From Candidatus Hydrogenedentota bacterium (lineage in GTDB: Bacteria; Hydrogenedentota; Hydrogenedentia; Hydrogenedentales; SLHB01), in assembly GCA_029974275.1 (NCBI GenBank), contig JARKSN010000288.1, positions 1 to 64,000 on the forward strand: DNA of 64,000 nt, read 5' to 3'. The position numbers and the translations under genes were made by a program. Shown one piece after another: positions 9,099-20,126 of the stretch (the stretch's first letter is position 1; every line of letters starts with the position of its first letter). Below the pieces are notes generated by a model. That model was given only the letters and a program-made list of their open reading frames with translations, was not told the DNA's origin and did not search any database.

Positions 9099-9336
9099 AC
9101 GTCATTTCCCTTTCGGTCTGCCGGACGTTGCCGGTCGAGACACATTCTTTGCCTGCTGAACACCGGCAAAGTGGGAAACAACACAAAGGTGAGTAGCCAT
9201 GCTTTGATGGTGAACGTAGCCAACAGGATTCGGCGCTTGTCGCCAATCCGCTACCTGGCAGCAGTACGATACTGTCAGGAGTTTACTCCATTCCTTTCCA
9301 AAAAAGCAAACAAACCTCCCCCTCGGAAAACAGGGG

Positions 9337-11223
9337 TCATGGACACGGCGGCGCGGCGCGGGCGGCCACGACAGAGTAGTGAATGCCGTAGAGGGGGTGC
9401 GTGTCGACGCCGATCTCCGGGGACTGCCCGAGGTGGCTGTTGAATGCGGAGGAGATGGCGGCCGTGGGCACGTGGCAGCACTGAACAAGTTCGAGGCCGC
9501 AGCGCGATAGCAGGACTTTCATTCCGGCAAACGAGTAGCCGTTCATGAGGCAGGCGGGATCGGCCCCGCTCCGGGGAGGCGCCCACGCACGAGCCCGATA
9601 GCCCTCGACCGCTTCCAGAGTCCCGCTGTGAAAAAACGTCATCACGATCGCCCCGTCCGGAGCCAAACAGCACAGGCAATCGCGCAGCAGGCCCTCCGCA
9701 TCCCCGTCGTGAGGCATCGGGTCCGACACAATGATGGCGTCCCACGGGCCTTCCGGCAACGCGGAGACAGTCTCCCACGCTGAAATCTCGGCGCCGCGCA
9801 CGATTTCAAACATCCTCGCAACATGCCGCGCCGCGCGCCCCAACGCCAACAGCCGCCCCCCGCCGCGCGGCGTCGCCTCAACAAGAGCTTTTTCGGTTTC
9901 CGGAAAGCGATCGACCGGAATCCGGTAGCGGTCTCCATGCGCCATCATGTCCAACATGAGGCGGCACACGCGTTCCGTAGACTTGCCGTCGGCAAACGAG
10001 TGAAACCGCCGCGCCGTCTCGGGACGGCGCGCCCAAAACGTCTCTTGCGTCTGGGGATCGAGCAAGGCAGCCTCGATGGCTGGAACGATGTCCGCGGCTT
10101 CGCAAACCGTGACCGCCGCGTCTCCCTCGCGAAACAAGGGGCCAAGCCCGTCCTGAAAAAGTTCGCCGCCGCAGGCATCCATGGCGATGTTGATCACCGG
10201 TTTGCCCGCAATGATCGCCTCAATCCCCAAATTGGACTGGACGCACGCCAGCAGATCGGCCATGGCGATGCACGCGGCGGAAGAAGTAATCACATCGATG
10301 ACGCAGCGTTCGATGCCGGCCGTCTGCGCCCGCGCGATCCAGCGATCCTTGGCGGCAAATTCGTTGGGGTGCGGCCGAATCACGAATTGCCAGTCGGGAT
10401 GCCGGCGGGATAAACACGCCAGCGCTTCAAGCGCCGCGTCATCCACGCGATTCTTGCTTGCCGCGGCGCGAATGCTCGCCGCGCTGAAACGATGCGTGAA
10501 CGTCATGGCGTACACGACGATGGGGCGATCGGGATCGAGCCCGAGCGTCGCGCACTGCTTCGCCCGAAGCGAGCCCTCCGCCGGGCGAAAATGAATGTCC
10601 CATTCCGGATTTCCCGTGAGGTGAATGCGATCGCCAGGCGCCCCGAAAGCGCGGTAGATCGCGCGGGATTCCTCCCCATACACCGCGATGGCGTCGGCGT
10701 GAAGCGTGTCGTGAAGGTTGACCGTCCCGTAAGGATGGCCGTGTAGCAAGTGAAGGCTTGGAATCCCGAGGCGGCGCGCGCCCTCAACAAGCGTGCGCGT
10801 GTCGCGGGCGACGTCCTGATGCACGAGGACAAGGCGCAGGTCGCATTGGCTGTCGCATCGGCGCAGACAATCCAGGTATACGATTTCCTGGAGGAAATCG
10901 TCCGGAATTGTTGCGGTCATTGCCGCCTGGATGCTTGCGGCGAGGCCTGGGTCAAAGCCCATGGCGGCGCAACGCTGATCAAAGCCGGGTGAATGCAGAA
11001 AACTTTCGATCGCCAGGGCGCGCCGCCTCGCCTCGAACTGTGCGAGCGCCATCTCGGCAGGCGAGAGGAAGCTCAAGAAACGGCGGCAGGGGATATCCAG
11101 CCTCGTAAACAGCGGCTCGATGTCGTCGTACAAGACAATGAGGTCAACGTCCGCCTGCTCGAGAAGCGTCCGCGCGATGTTCTCGACGCCGCGGCGCAAC
11201 GTGAGCAGAATGGACGGCTTCAT
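9337..11223 (-). CDS. GT-B-fold surface polysaccharide biosynthesis protein with a C-terminal methyltransferase-like domain
   Basis: HLLHG, TGNPEWD, IRPHPNE, SNLGIEAIIAGKPVI motifs; C-terminus with WDAIIVSD...LAPDGAIV. Confidence 0.6.
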   Translation of the reverse strand: MKPSILLTLRRGVENIARTLLEQADVDLIVLYDDIEPLFTRLDIPCRRFLSFLSPAEMALAQFEARRRALAIESFLHSPGFDQRCAAMGFDPGLAASIQAAMTATIPDDFLQEIVYLDCLRRCDSQCDLRLVLVHQDVARDTRTLVEGARRLGIPSLHLLHGHPYGTVNLHDTLHADAIAVYGEESRAIYRAFGAPGDRIHLTGNPEWDIHFRPAEGSLRAKQCATLGLDPDRPIVVYAMTFTHRFSAASIRAAASKNRVDDAALEALACLSRRHPDWQFVIRPHPNEFAAKDRWIARAQTAGIERCVIDVITSSAACIAMADLLACVQSNLGIEAIIAGKPVINIAMDACGGELFQDGLGPLFREGDAAVTVCEAADIVPAIEAALLDPQTQETFWARRPETARRFHSFADGKSTERVCRLMLDMMAHGDRYRIPVDRFPETEKALVEATPRGGGRLLALGRAARHVARMFEIVRGAEISAWETVSALPEGPWDAIIVSDPMPHDGDAEGLLRDCLCCLAPDGAIVMTFFHSGTLEAVEGYRARAWAPPRSGADPACLMNGYSFAGMKVLLSRCGLELVQCCHVPTAAISSAFNSHLGQSPEIGVDTHPLYGIHYSVVAARAAPPCP

Positions 11224-11227
11224 GGCG

Positions 11228-11683
11228 CTACTGCCGGCCCGTGCTGCCGAAGCCGCCCTCGCCGCGTCCGGTGTCGTCAAGGATTTCGACGCACCGCCAT
11301 TGCGCGCGCGCAAACGGCGCGATGACCAGTTGCGCGATGCGATCGCCGCGGCGAATGGCATACGGCTCTTGGCCGAGGTTCGCGATGATGATGCGCACCT
11401 CGCCGCGATAGTCAGGGTCGATCGTGCCGGGGCTGTTCAGCAGCGAAAGGCCGTGACGCATGGCGAGGCCGCTGCGCGGGCGCACCTGGGCCTCGACGCC
11501 CGGCGGCAGCGCAATCCGCAGACCCGTCGGCACCAAGGCGCGTTCGCCGGGCTGCAACACGATCGGTTCCCCCACGGCGGCGCGGATATCCATGCCCGCG
11601 GCATGTTCGGTCTCGTAGGCGGGCAACGGAATGTCTTCGCAGCCCGGCTCGCGCGACACGCGAATTTCCACGGGGCCCATCAT
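11228..11683 (-). CDS. dut: dUTP diphosphatase
   Basis: [32 protein letters not shown]. Confidence 0.97.
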   Translation of the reverse strand: MMGPVEIRVSREPGCEDIPLPAYETEHAAGMDIRAAVGEPIVLQPGERALVPTGLRIALPPGVEAQVRPRSGLAMRHGLSLLNSPGTIDPDYRGEVRIIIANLGQEPYAIRRGDRIAQLVIAPFARAQWRCVEILDDTGRGEGGFGSTGRQ

Positions 11684-12954
11684 AACGGAAACGCTTTCAT
11701 GCGCTCCGCGTCTTCAGGACCGAGGATAACGGCCGCGCATTGTTCGGAAGCGAATATTTCGTGCGCGAGACGCTGCACGTCCTCCACGGAAACCGCTTCG
11801 ATTTTCTCGACGACTTCGTCTTGCGGCACGATGCGTCCGTGAATCATCAGCGATTTTGCCTGGCGCGCCATGCGGTTGAACGTGCTCTCGAGCCCCATCA
11901 AGAGGTTGGCCTTCAGCATTTCGCGGTTCATGGCCAACTCGCTCTCGGGGACGGGTTCCTCGCGCATCTTGCGGAGTTCGCGGCAGGCCAAGTCGATGGT
12001 CTGCGTCAAGTTTTCCGGCGCCACGGCGGCGTACACGCCAAGCGTGCCCGCGGGGCGGTAGCAATAGTGAAACGAGTATATCGAATACGCAAGCCCCGCC
12101 TGTTCGCGAATTTCCTCGAACAACCGCGACGTCGATCCGCCGCCAACGACATTCGACAGCACGTCGTACGCAAAGCGGCGCGGATCGCGCGAGTCGGGGC
12201 CTGGAAACCCGAAACAGACATGATGCTGCCCGATGGGACGGATGACGCGATCGAGACAGGCGCCGAATGCGGGGCGCCCGGGCGCGGGCGGCGAGGGGCG
12301 CGCCGCGATGCTTTCGAATTCGCGAGCAATCGCGTCGAGCGCCGGCTCGATCTCTATGTTGCCCGCGATCGAGACGATGATATTCTCGGGAACGTACCAC
12401 GATTGGAAATAGGCGCGCACGTCTTCGATGCTCAAGCCGGACACCGACTCTTCCGTGCCCGTGATGGGCCTCCCGAGCGCGTGATCCGGCCAGAGACGCT
12501 CGCAAAAGACGTCGTGCACGTAGTCTTCGGGAACGTCCTCGGCCGATGCGATCTCCTCGAGAATGATGCCGCGCTCCTTCTCGAAGTCGAAGAACTGCGA
12601 GTTCTTGATGATGTCGCCGAGAATTTCGATCGCGTCGAGCGCATGCGCGTCGAGCGTCTTGATGTAGACGCACGTGTGATCGCGCGACGTGAATGCGTTC
12701 AAATGCCCGCCGCGGCTTTCGACGGCCTCCATGAGCTGTCGCGCGGTGCGCGCTTTGGTGCCCTTGAAAAAAAGATGTTCGAGAAAATGCGACACCCCGG
12801 TCTGGGCCGGCGTTTCGCATGCGCTTCCGGCGTTGATCCAGACGCCCGCCGCGACCGATCGCAGATACGGAAGACGCTCCAGCGCCACGGTCACGCCATT
12901 GCGCAAGGTCCGGACCACCGTGTGAGCGTTTGCAGATTGCGTGAATGTTGTCAT
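11680..12954 (-). CDS. M16 family zinc peptidase
   Basis: Inverted HxxEH ([11 protein letters not shown]), [24 protein letters not shown]. Confidence 0.95.
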   Translation of the reverse strand: MTTFTQSANAHTVVRTLRNGVTVALERLPYLRSVAAGVWINAGSACETPAQTGVSHFLEHLFFKGTKARTARQLMEAVESRGGHLNAFTSRDHTCVYIKTLDAHALDAIEILGDIIKNSQFFDFEKERGIILEEIASAEDVPEDYVHDVFCERLWPDHALGRPITGTEESVSGLSIEDVRAYFQSWYVPENIIVSIAGNIEIEPALDAIAREFESIAARPSPPAPGRPAFGACLDRVIRPIGQHHVCFGFPGPDSRDPRRFAYDVLSNVVGGGSTSRLFEEIREQAGLAYSIYSFHYCYRPAGTLGVYAAVAPENLTQTIDLACRELRKMREEPVPESELAMNREMLKANLLMGLESTFNRMARQAKSLMIHGRIVPQDEVVEKIEAVSVEDVQRLAHEIFASEQCAAVILGPEDAERMKAFPL

Positions 12955-12988
12955 ACTCTCCCGTTTCGTGCGCATCACGTCGCCGCAT

Positions 12989-13031
12989 GAAAAAAACGCG
13001 CCCGTATTCCTCGCACTCGCGGACGGGCGCA
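12989..13031 (-). terminator. Intrinsic-terminator-like hairpin just upstream of the M16 gene
   Basis: Minus strand GCGCCCGT...ACGGGCGC followed by a T run. Confidence 0.5.
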
Positions 13032-13311
13032 ACGATTTTTCACGAACCCGCTTCCGAAAGCAACCCCAGGCGGCTTGAAGGACGGCGCGTCCGAACAAAA
13101 GGCGGCGGCGGCCCTGTGCCCCCGCGCACAGGCAAACATCTATCCGGATCGCGAAAGCAGGGGAGGGTCCTCGCCCGCAACCCACATTTCAGTATTTTCC
13201 GGCATCCAAAGACTACGCAAACGTAACCCCATCGCCACATTCGCCGAGCGCGACCAGGCCACTTCGCACCCAAGCTCTTTTCGCACAAGGAGTTACATCA
13301 CAAAAACGCTT

Positions 13312-13327
13312 TGGCACAACGTTTGCT
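13312..13327 (+). promoter_or_regulatory. sigma54 (-24/-12) promoter
   Basis: TGGCAC-AACGT-TTGCT matches the consensus and spacing; IHF-like CAAggagTTA at ~13286-13295. Confidence 0.75.
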
Positions 13328-13337
13328 TTCCCTCCAG

Positions 13338-13480
13338 ACGACGCAGGTTTATGCAGGCTGAAAAGCGTTGCGGCTGCCTTCGGCCTGATTCAGGCTCGCC
13401 GCGCAACATGGATGCTGGCTCCCTCGTCCGAACACCTTGCCCGGAATGTTCGGCCCATGTTGCGCGGCCTCCCTTTTTTT
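13338..13480 (+). ncRNA. Candidate sigma54-dependent small RNA (~140 nt)
   Basis: Follows the sigma54 promoter; stems at 13354-13387 and a perfect 14-bp stem 13398-13411/13455-13468; ends in a T7 run; no credible plus-strand gene downstream. Confidence 0.55.
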
Positions 13481-13484
13481 CAAC

Positions 13485-13522
13485 AAAAAACCGGGGAGCT
13501 TGTTTCAAACAAACTCCCCGGT
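13485..13522 (-). terminator. Rho-independent terminator of the GH4-MFS unit
   Basis: CCGGGGAG...CTCCCCGG stem followed on the minus strand by TTTTTT, 7 nt past the MFS stop. Confidence 0.85.
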
Positions 13523-13528
13523 CGCCTG

Positions 13529-15043
13529 TTAGCGATCCCCGATCGTCTCGACTTTATACCCGCCTTTTCTGCGGTCGCTCAGCCACAGCGTCCCAAAAAC
13601 AAGAATCAACACGATCGAGAACGGCGCGACATAGCGGAACGACATGCGGCCGCCGTAATTGTCCGCGGGACCCAAAATTTTCTTGGCTTCCGCCGCCACG
13701 GCTCTGCCTTCTTCCGTGTTCGGCGCGCAGTTGATCGCGGTGCGCAGGGCGTTGGCGGTCTCGATCATGGGCAACGAGTCGCCGGTCGCCTGTTGCAGGA
13801 CTTTTTGGGCCTCTTCCCGCGCGCGTTCGACGTCCACGGCGAGTCGCGTCTGGGCCTCTCCGGAGGCCGCCACCGCGTATACGGTCGTGACTCGCTGCAG
13901 CACGGCGCGCGTTTCGACGACGGGCAGCCGGTCATGGCCGTAGCGATCGGCGATGGTGCCCATCTGCGGCGATGCGACCATCCCCACAATGACGTTGCCA
14001 AACCCGCCCAACAACGCCAAGGCCAGCGCGCCGCCCTTGGGAACGCGTTCGGAGGCGATGCCGAGCATGGTCGGCCAGAAATAACAAACGCCCACCGCGA
14101 ACAAGGTCGCCGACACGAACGCCATCGCGGTCGACTCGGCGTAGCTCAGCCAGATCAGCCCCGCGCCCGAAAGGATCCCGGAAAGCAGCAAAATGCCGGT
14201 CGGGGCAAGCCGATGCACGACCGGACCCGCATAGAACCGCAACAGGGCCATCAAACCGCTAATCCACACCAGCACGAGAATGCCTGGAATGCCGCCCGAT
14301 TCCAGCACGGAGGGAATCCAGCGGTTGGGCCCGAGTTCGAGCGATGCGGTGATGCCCATGCAGACCAGCAACACGAGAAAGAGCGGGCGCATCAGCGTGG
14401 CGTGCACCATGCCGCTAAAGGAGATGCCCGACTGCAAACGTTCGGTCTTGGGAAATTTCTGGCCGATGAACAGGCGTCCGTAGATAACCGTCGGGACAAG
14501 GATGACGCACAACTTCAACTGCCACGAGGGAATTCCCAGCTTATCCAGGAGGTAGGCGGCCAAACCGCCGATCACGATGCCGCCGGGAAACCAGACGTGG
14601 AACTGGTTCAGCTTGGCGGTCTTGCGCGTGGGGTAGATGGTGGCGATCAGCGGATTGCAGGCCGCCTCCACCAGGCCGTTGCCCATCGCAATGGTAAGCT
14701 GACCTACCAGCAGCATGGTGAAGCCGGTCGCGAAAATCATGATCAACACGCCGGCGAAATGGCAGACAAAGGCAAGCCACAACAGGAACCGCATGCCCAG
14801 CGCATCGCACAGCGGCCCAAAGATCAGGATGGATAGCGTAAAGCCCCACAATCCCGCGCCGCCGATCCAGCCCACCTGCTCGTTGGTCAGGATGAACTGT
14901 TCCTTCAACGGCCCCATGATCGCGCCCATGACCGCGAAATTCACCGCCGTGGCGATCAAAGCCAGACAACTCCCCTTGAAAAGCCGATCCGCGTTGATCC
15001 CCGGCAAATGGTTGCCTTCCAGCGTCGCCGTAGTCGAACTCAT
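13529..15043 (-). CDS. MFS transporter (sugar/fucose-permease-like)
   Basis: Multiple TM helices; GPLCDALGMR motif A; GNGLVEAACNPLI. Confidence 0.9.
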   Translation of the reverse strand: MSSTTATLEGNHLPGINADRLFKGSCLALIATAVNFAVMGAIMGPLKEQFILTNEQVGWIGGAGLWGFTLSILIFGPLCDALGMRFLLWLAFVCHFAGVLIMIFATGFTMLLVGQLTIAMGNGLVEAACNPLIATIYPTRKTAKLNQFHVWFPGGIVIGGLAAYLLDKLGIPSWQLKLCVILVPTVIYGRLFIGQKFPKTERLQSGISFSGMVHATLMRPLFLVLLVCMGITASLELGPNRWIPSVLESGGIPGILVLVWISGLMALLRFYAGPVVHRLAPTGILLLSGILSGAGLIWLSYAESTAMAFVSATLFAVGVCYFWPTMLGIASERVPKGGALALALLGGFGNVIVGMVASPQMGTIADRYGHDRLPVVETRAVLQRVTTVYAVAASGEAQTRLAVDVERAREEAQKVLQQATGDSLPMIETANALRTAINCAPNTEEGRAVAAEAKKILGPADNYGGRMSFRYVAPFSIVLILVFGTLWLSDRRKGGYKVETIGDR

Positions 15044-15194
15044 GGTTGCGGTTCTCCTCTCCCTTGCTATTCCCCCTCGGCATGACGGCCGCCGCACGTG
15101 CGACTGGCCACGATGGTACTTGCCGGGCGGCGAACGATCAAGGGGGCCGCTGGTTCCGCGTTCCTGCCCCCGGCGCGACCGGCAAGCGCAGCGT

Positions 15195-16622
15195 TCAGTG
15201 CGACGCCTTCTGGGCCAACTCGCCAAACCGATGCACCACGGCCAGCGCCGGGTCCAGCGGCACCTCCACGCGCGGCGTTCCCGCGGGCGTCGGTATCGGC
15301 GGGATCGCGCGAAGAGTCTTGCCCTGAAACTGTGGAAGCCAGCGCGCCTCGGCCTCGAACATTTCCGCGACCATCTCCCGCGTTTCGCGCAAGGTCAACA
15401 CCGCCGATGTCAGCGGGTCCATCGCCACGGCCAGGGCGGCCAAGTCCGGATCGCCGTCCATGGCGGCCCGAATCGCCAAGGTCTGGACGGTCACGTTGCT
15501 CTGGTTAAGCGCGGCGCATTGCGGCGGCAACGCGCCCACGAACGTGGGATGGATGCCGAGCGCGTCGACGAAACACGGCACCTCCACGCAACAGCCGTGC
15601 GGCAGGTTCGTGATGTAGCCGTCGTTGCGCACGTTGCCTTGCAGCTTGAACGGCTTGCCCGTCACCATGGCTTCGAGGATGTACGAGCAATATTCGACGC
15701 TGCGGTGGTCGAGCGCGGTGGGCTCGTCGGCCAGCAGGTCCTCGTTCTCCAGACGGTCGGCAATCAAGCGGCACCAGGAATAGTAGGCGCCGGTCTCGCC
15801 TCCAAACGACGGCTCGTCGCAATACGCGTCGAGCGCCTTCTGGTTTTTGCGGAACCACGGCACGTATTCCGATAAATGCCCGGTGCTCTCCGTCATGAAA
15901 TAGCCGAAATGGCGCATGACTTCGATGCGCACTTTCTCGTTGACGTAGAACTCGGGCCTTTCGCAGCGCTCCTTGAACAGCGGGTAGAGGTCTTGCCCCT
16001 TGTGTTGAAGCGAGAGGAACCAGCCCATGTGGTTGATGCCCGCGACGAGCGCGTCGATCTCCTGCTTGGGCGCGTCCACGTAGCGCGCAATGAGGTCGAG
16101 CGTCGTTTGCACGCCGTGACACAGCCCGATGAAGGGCAGCCCGGGGACGGTCGCAAGGGCCCCGCACACCATGCCCATCGGATTCACGTAGTTGAGCAAA
16201 CACGCCTTTGGGCAAAGCTCCTGCATGTCGCGCACGATGTCGAGCATCACGGGAATCGTCCGCAATGCGCGGAAGACGCCGCCCGGCCCCAGTGAATCGC
16301 CGATGCACTGGTCCACGCCGTGTTTGAGCGGTATTTTGTAGTCCAGTTCGAACGCGTCAACCCCGCCCACTTGCAGCATGACGATGACGAAATCGGCGTC
16401 GCGGAGGGCTTCGCGCCGGTCAAGCGTGACGCTGATCTTGGCGTCGAGGCGGTTATCCCGAATGACGCGGTCCGTGAAGCGCTTGACGCGCTCAAGCTTG
16501 GGCAGCGTGCGGCTCATCAGGCGAAACTCGCTGTTCCGCAGCGACGGCGTCGCCAGAATGTCCATGATGAGCGTCTTGCAAAAAACGATGCTTCCCGCGC
16601 CGATCATTGCGATCTTCGGCAT
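15195..16622 (-). CDS. melA: GH4 NAD+/Mn-dependent alpha-galactosidase
   Basis: KIAMIGAGS, QCIGDSLGPGG, LNYVNPM, GLCHGV, TESTGHLSEYVPW. Confidence 0.88.
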   Translation of the reverse strand: MPKIAMIGAGSIVFCKTLIMDILATPSLRNSEFRLMSRTLPKLERVKRFTDRVIRDNRLDAKISVTLDRREALRDADFVIVMLQVGGVDAFELDYKIPLKHGVDQCIGDSLGPGGVFRALRTIPVMLDIVRDMQELCPKACLLNYVNPMGMVCGALATVPGLPFIGLCHGVQTTLDLIARYVDAPKQEIDALVAGINHMGWFLSLQHKGQDLYPLFKERCERPEFYVNEKVRIEVMRHFGYFMTESTGHLSEYVPWFRKNQKALDAYCDEPSFGGETGAYYSWCRLIADRLENEDLLADEPTALDHRSVEYCSYILEAMVTGKPFKLQGNVRNDGYITNLPHGCCVEVPCFVDALGIHPTFVGALPPQCAALNQSNVTVQTLAIRAAMDGDPDLAALAVAMDPLTSAVLTLRETREMVAEMFEAEARWLPQFQGKTLRAIPPIPTPAGTPRVEVPLDPALAVVHRFGELAQKASH

Positions 16623-16704
16623 GTCGCGTCCTCCCCGTTTACGGTTGTTCCCTTGCAACGCCGCAGTATAGCACAGCCCGTTTTCGCGCGTCTTGGGAAA
16701 CGCG

Positions 16705-19700
16705 CTATTTTCCATCCTGGACGTGGTATTCCTGCAACGACATCACCTCCGGCCTGCCGTCGCGCATGGCGCGAATGCCGAGAACGCCTGCCTTGGCGGC
16801 GGCGATGGTGGTCATGATGGGGAGGCCGCGCTCGATGGCGGTGCGGCGGATGGCGCGTTCGTCGGCCTTGGACTCGATGCCGCGGGGCGTGTTGATGATC
16901 CAGTCCACTTCGCCGTTGATCATGCGGTCAACGATGTGCGGGCGCATGTCGTCGCCGACTTTGTAGACCTCCTGGACCTCGACGCCCTGTTCGCGCAAGG
17001 CCTGCGCCGTGCCGCGCGTGGCCATGATCGTGAAACCGAGATAGGCCAGGTCTTGGCCAAGGGTCCCCATCTTCGCCTTGTCGTGATCGTTGAGGCTGAT
17101 GAAGACGGCGCCGCCTTGCGGGATGCAACTGCCCGCCGCGATCTGACTCTTGGCGAACGCCATGCCCATGCTGCGGTCGATGCCCATGACTTCGCCGGTG
17201 CTGCGCATCTCCGGCCCGAGCAGGATGTCGACGCCGGGAAACTTGATGAACGGCAGCACTACTTCCTTCGCGGACACGTGCGTGGGCCACGGGTCTTGCG
17301 TGATGCCGAGTTCACGCAGGGTCTTTCCCGCCATCACGCGCGCGGCAATCTTGGCGAGCGGCAGCCCGGTGGCCTTGCTGACGAACGGCACGGTGCGCGA
17401 GGCGCGCGGGTTCACTTCGAGCAGGTAGATGACGTCGTCCTGCACCGCGTACTGGATGTTCATCAGGCCGATGACGTTCAGCTCGCGCGCAAGAGCGCGG
17501 GTCTGTTCTTTGAGGCGGTCAATGAGCGACTGGCTGAGGTCGTACGGCGGCAGGATGCACGCGCTGTCGCCGCTGTGGACGCCGGCTTCCTCGATGTGCT
17601 GCATGATGCCCGCGACGATGACGTCGGTCCCGTCGGCCAACGCGTCGACGTCGATCTCCGTCGCACCTTCGATGAATTTGTCGATGAGGATCGGGTGCTC
17701 GGGCGAGGCCTTCACCGCGCGGGTCATGTAACGATCGAGCGATTCCTGGTTGTAGACGATTTCCATCGCGCGTCCGCCCAGCACGAACGAAGGTCGCACC
17801 ACAACGGGATAGCCAATGCGCTCGGCCACCACGCGCGCTTCCTCCACCGACGTCGCGGTGTCGTTCGCGGGCTGCAGCAGGCCAAGTTTCTCGACAAGTT
17901 CGCGAAACTCCTTGCGATCCTCGGCGCGCGCGATGCTGTCGGGCGACGTGCCGATGATGGGCACGCCCGCTTTCCATAACGCCCGCGCCAGATTCAGCGG
18001 CGTCTGCCCGCCAAACTGCACGATCACGCCCTTGGGCTTCTCGCGCTCGCAAATGTTCAACACGTCTTCCAGCGTGACCGGCTCGAAGTAGAGCCGGTCC
18101 GAGGTGTCGTAGTCCGTCGAGACGGTTTCGGGGTTGCTGTTGACCATGATGGTCTCGTAGCCGTCGCCTTTGAGCGCGAACGCGGCGTGCACGCAGCAAT
18201 AATCGAACTCGATGCCCTGCCCGATGCGATTGGGGCCGCCGCCGAGGATCATGATCTTCTCCTTGGCCGTCGGACGCACCTCGTCTTCGTCTTGATACGT
18301 AGAGTAATAGTAGGGCGTATATGCCTCGAATTCGGCGGCGCAGGTGTCCACTAGCTTATACGTCGGAATGATTCCGTGTTTTTGGCGCAGTTCGCGCACT
18401 TCCAGCGGCTTCATGTTCCAGAGATGCCCAAGCTGGTTGTCGCTGAACCCGAATTCCTTTGCCCGGCGCAACGTCGCGGCATCGTCGGGATTCGCGCCGC
18501 GCAACGCATCTTCTTCCTCGATGATCTCGCGCAGGTTCCGCAAGAACCACGGGTCGATCGCCGTCGCATCGAACAACTCCTCGACCGTCGCGCCGGCGCG
18601 AATCGCGCGCGCAAGCTGCAGGATGCGCTCGGGCGTCGTCGTGCGCACGGCCTTCAGCAGCGCATCCTTTTCTTCCTGCGACGTTGGATCGCCGGTGATC
18701 GATTCGTCCTTGCCGTCGCAACCGAGACCGAAACGCCCGATTTCGAGCGAACGCATTGCCTTTTGCAACGACTCCTTGAACGTGCGCCCGATGCTCATCA
18801 CCTCGCCGACGCTCTTCATTTGCACGGTGAGGTTGTCGGACGAGCCGGGGAATTTCTCGAAGGCCCAGCGCGGCACCTTCGTCACGACGTAGTCGATGGT
18901 CGGCTCGAACGAGGCCGGGGTTTCGCGCGTGATGTCGTTCGGGATTTCGTTGAGCGCATAGCCGACGGCGAGTTTTGCGGCGATCTTCGCGATAGGGAAG
19001 CCGGTCGCCTTCGACGCCAGCGCCGAACTGCGCGACACGCGCGGGTTCATCTCGATCACGACCATGCGCCCGGTTTTCGGGTCAAGGCCGAACTGGATGT
19101 TCGAGCCGCCGGTGTCCACGCCGATCTCGCGGATGCACGCGATCGCGGCGTCGCGCATGATCTGGTATTCCTTGTCCGTCAGCGTTTGCGCGGGCGCGAC
19201 GGTGATGCTGTCGCCGGTATGGATGCCCATCGGATCGAAGTTTTCAATCGAGCAGATGATCACGACGTTGTCGTGCAGATCGCGCATCACTTCGAGTTCG
19301 TACTCTTTCCAGCCGAGCACGGATTCCTCGATCAAAATTTCCGTGATCGGACTCGCATCGAGGCCTTTTTGAACGGCTTCTTCATACTCCTCGCGGTTGA
19401 ACGACACGCCCGCGCCCGAACCGCCCAGCGTGAACGCAGGACGAATGATGGCTTTGTACCCGAGTTCCACGCCAAACGCCCGCGCCTCGGCGAGCGAATG
19501 GACGACGAGACTGCGCGGCACTTCGAGGCCGCACCGGATCATGGCTTCCTTGAACAGGCCGCGATCTTCGGCTTTCTTGATGGCGTGCAATTTCGCGCCG
19601 ATGAGTTCGCAGCCATACTTCTCGAGCACGCCCGATTCCGCCAACTCGACCGCCAGATTCAGGCCGGTCTGACCGCCAACCGTCGGCAACAACGCGTCCG

Positions 19701-19947
19701 GGCGTTCGCGTTCGATAATGCGTTCGAGCGTCTCGGCAGTCAACGGTTCGATGTACGTGCGGTCGGCTGTTTCGGGATCGGTCATGATCGTCGCGGGATT
19801 GCTGTTCGCGAGGATGACTTCGTATCCCTCTTCGCGCAACGCCTTGCATGCCTGCGTGCCCGAGTAATCGAATTCACAAGCCTGACCAATCACAATCGGC
19901 CCGGATCCAATGAGCATGATCTTGTGGATGTCGGTTCGCTTCGGCAT
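16705..19947 (-). CDS. carB: Carbamoyl-phosphate synthase large subunit
   Basis: [30 protein letters not shown]; duplicated ATP-grasp domains; MGS domain. Confidence 0.99.
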   Translation of the reverse strand: MPKRTDIHKIMLIGSGPIVIGQACEFDYSGTQACKALREEGYEVILANSNPATIMTDPETADRTYIEPLTAETLERIIERERPDALLPTVGGQTGLNLAVELAESGVLEKYGCELIGAKLHAIKKAEDRGLFKEAMIRCGLEVPRSLVVHSLAEARAFGVELGYKAIIRPAFTLGGSGAGVSFNREEYEEAVQKGLDASPITEILIEESVLGWKEYELEVMRDLHDNVVIICSIENFDPMGIHTGDSITVAPAQTLTDKEYQIMRDAAIACIREIGVDTGGSNIQFGLDPKTGRMVVIEMNPRVSRSSALASKATGFPIAKIAAKLAVGYALNEIPNDITRETPASFEPTIDYVVTKVPRWAFEKFPGSSDNLTVQMKSVGEVMSIGRTFKESLQKAMRSLEIGRFGLGCDGKDESITGDPTSQEEKDALLKAVRTTTPERILQLARAIRAGATVEELFDATAIDPWFLRNLREIIEEEDALRGANPDDAATLRRAKEFGFSDNQLGHLWNMKPLEVRELRQKHGIIPTYKLVDTCAAEFEAYTPYYYSTYQDEDEVRPTAKEKIMILGGGPNRIGQGIEFDYCCVHAAFALKGDGYETIMVNSNPETVSTDYDTSDRLYFEPVTLEDVLNICEREKPKGVIVQFGGQTPLNLARALWKAGVPIIGTSPDSIARAEDRKEFRELVEKLGLLQPANDTATSVEEARVVAERIGYPVVVRPSFVLGGRAMEIVYNQESLDRYMTRAVKASPEHPILIDKFIEGATEIDVDALADGTDVIVAGIMQHIEEAGVHSGDSACILPPYDLSQSLIDRLKEQTRALARELNVIGLMNIQYAVQDDVIYLLEVNPRASRTVPFVSKATGLPLAKIAARVMAGKTLRELGITQDPWPTHVSAKEVVLPFIKFPGVDILLGPEMRSTGEVMGIDRSMGMAFAKSQIAAGSCIPQGGAVFISLNDHDKAKMGTLGQDLAYLGFTIMATRGTAQALREQGVEVQEVYKVGDDMRPHIVDRMINGEVDWIINTPRGIESKADERAIRRTAIERGLPIMTTIAAAKAGVLGIRAMRDGRPEVMSLQEYHVQDGK

Positions 19948-19972
19948 GTTGGTTCCTTTTGTTGAGTTGCGA

Positions 19973-20120
19973 TCTGGGGGAACCCTTCTTGTAAGAAGGG
20001 TTCCCCCAGACCCCTTCCCCAGAACTTTTACCGGCGCTTCGCGCAACGTATGCGCAGCACTCAAAAGTTTCTGGAAGGGGGTTTTGGGAAAAACCTCTTT
20101 CCAAAGAGGTTCGCCCCAAT
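19973..20120. repeat. Three-hairpin intergenic repeat, copy 1
   Basis: Perfect 18-bp stem TCTGGGGGAACCCTTCTT/AAGAAGGGTTCCCCCAGA; CCCCTTCC..AACTTTT/AAAAGTT..GGAAGGGG stem; AACCTCTTT/AAAGAGGTT stem. Confidence 0.8.
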
Positions 20121-20126
20121 TTTCTG

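Noticed and set aside
9100..9330. Structured leader upstream of the DEAD-box helicase
   Set aside because: Only one modest hairpin and no recognisable motif; insufficient support from a single sequence.
13351..13734. Small protein downstream of the sigma54 promoter (MQAEKRCGC...)
   Set aside because: Weak RBS; the frame runs through two terminator structures and into the antisense of the MFS gene, so an RNA product fits better.
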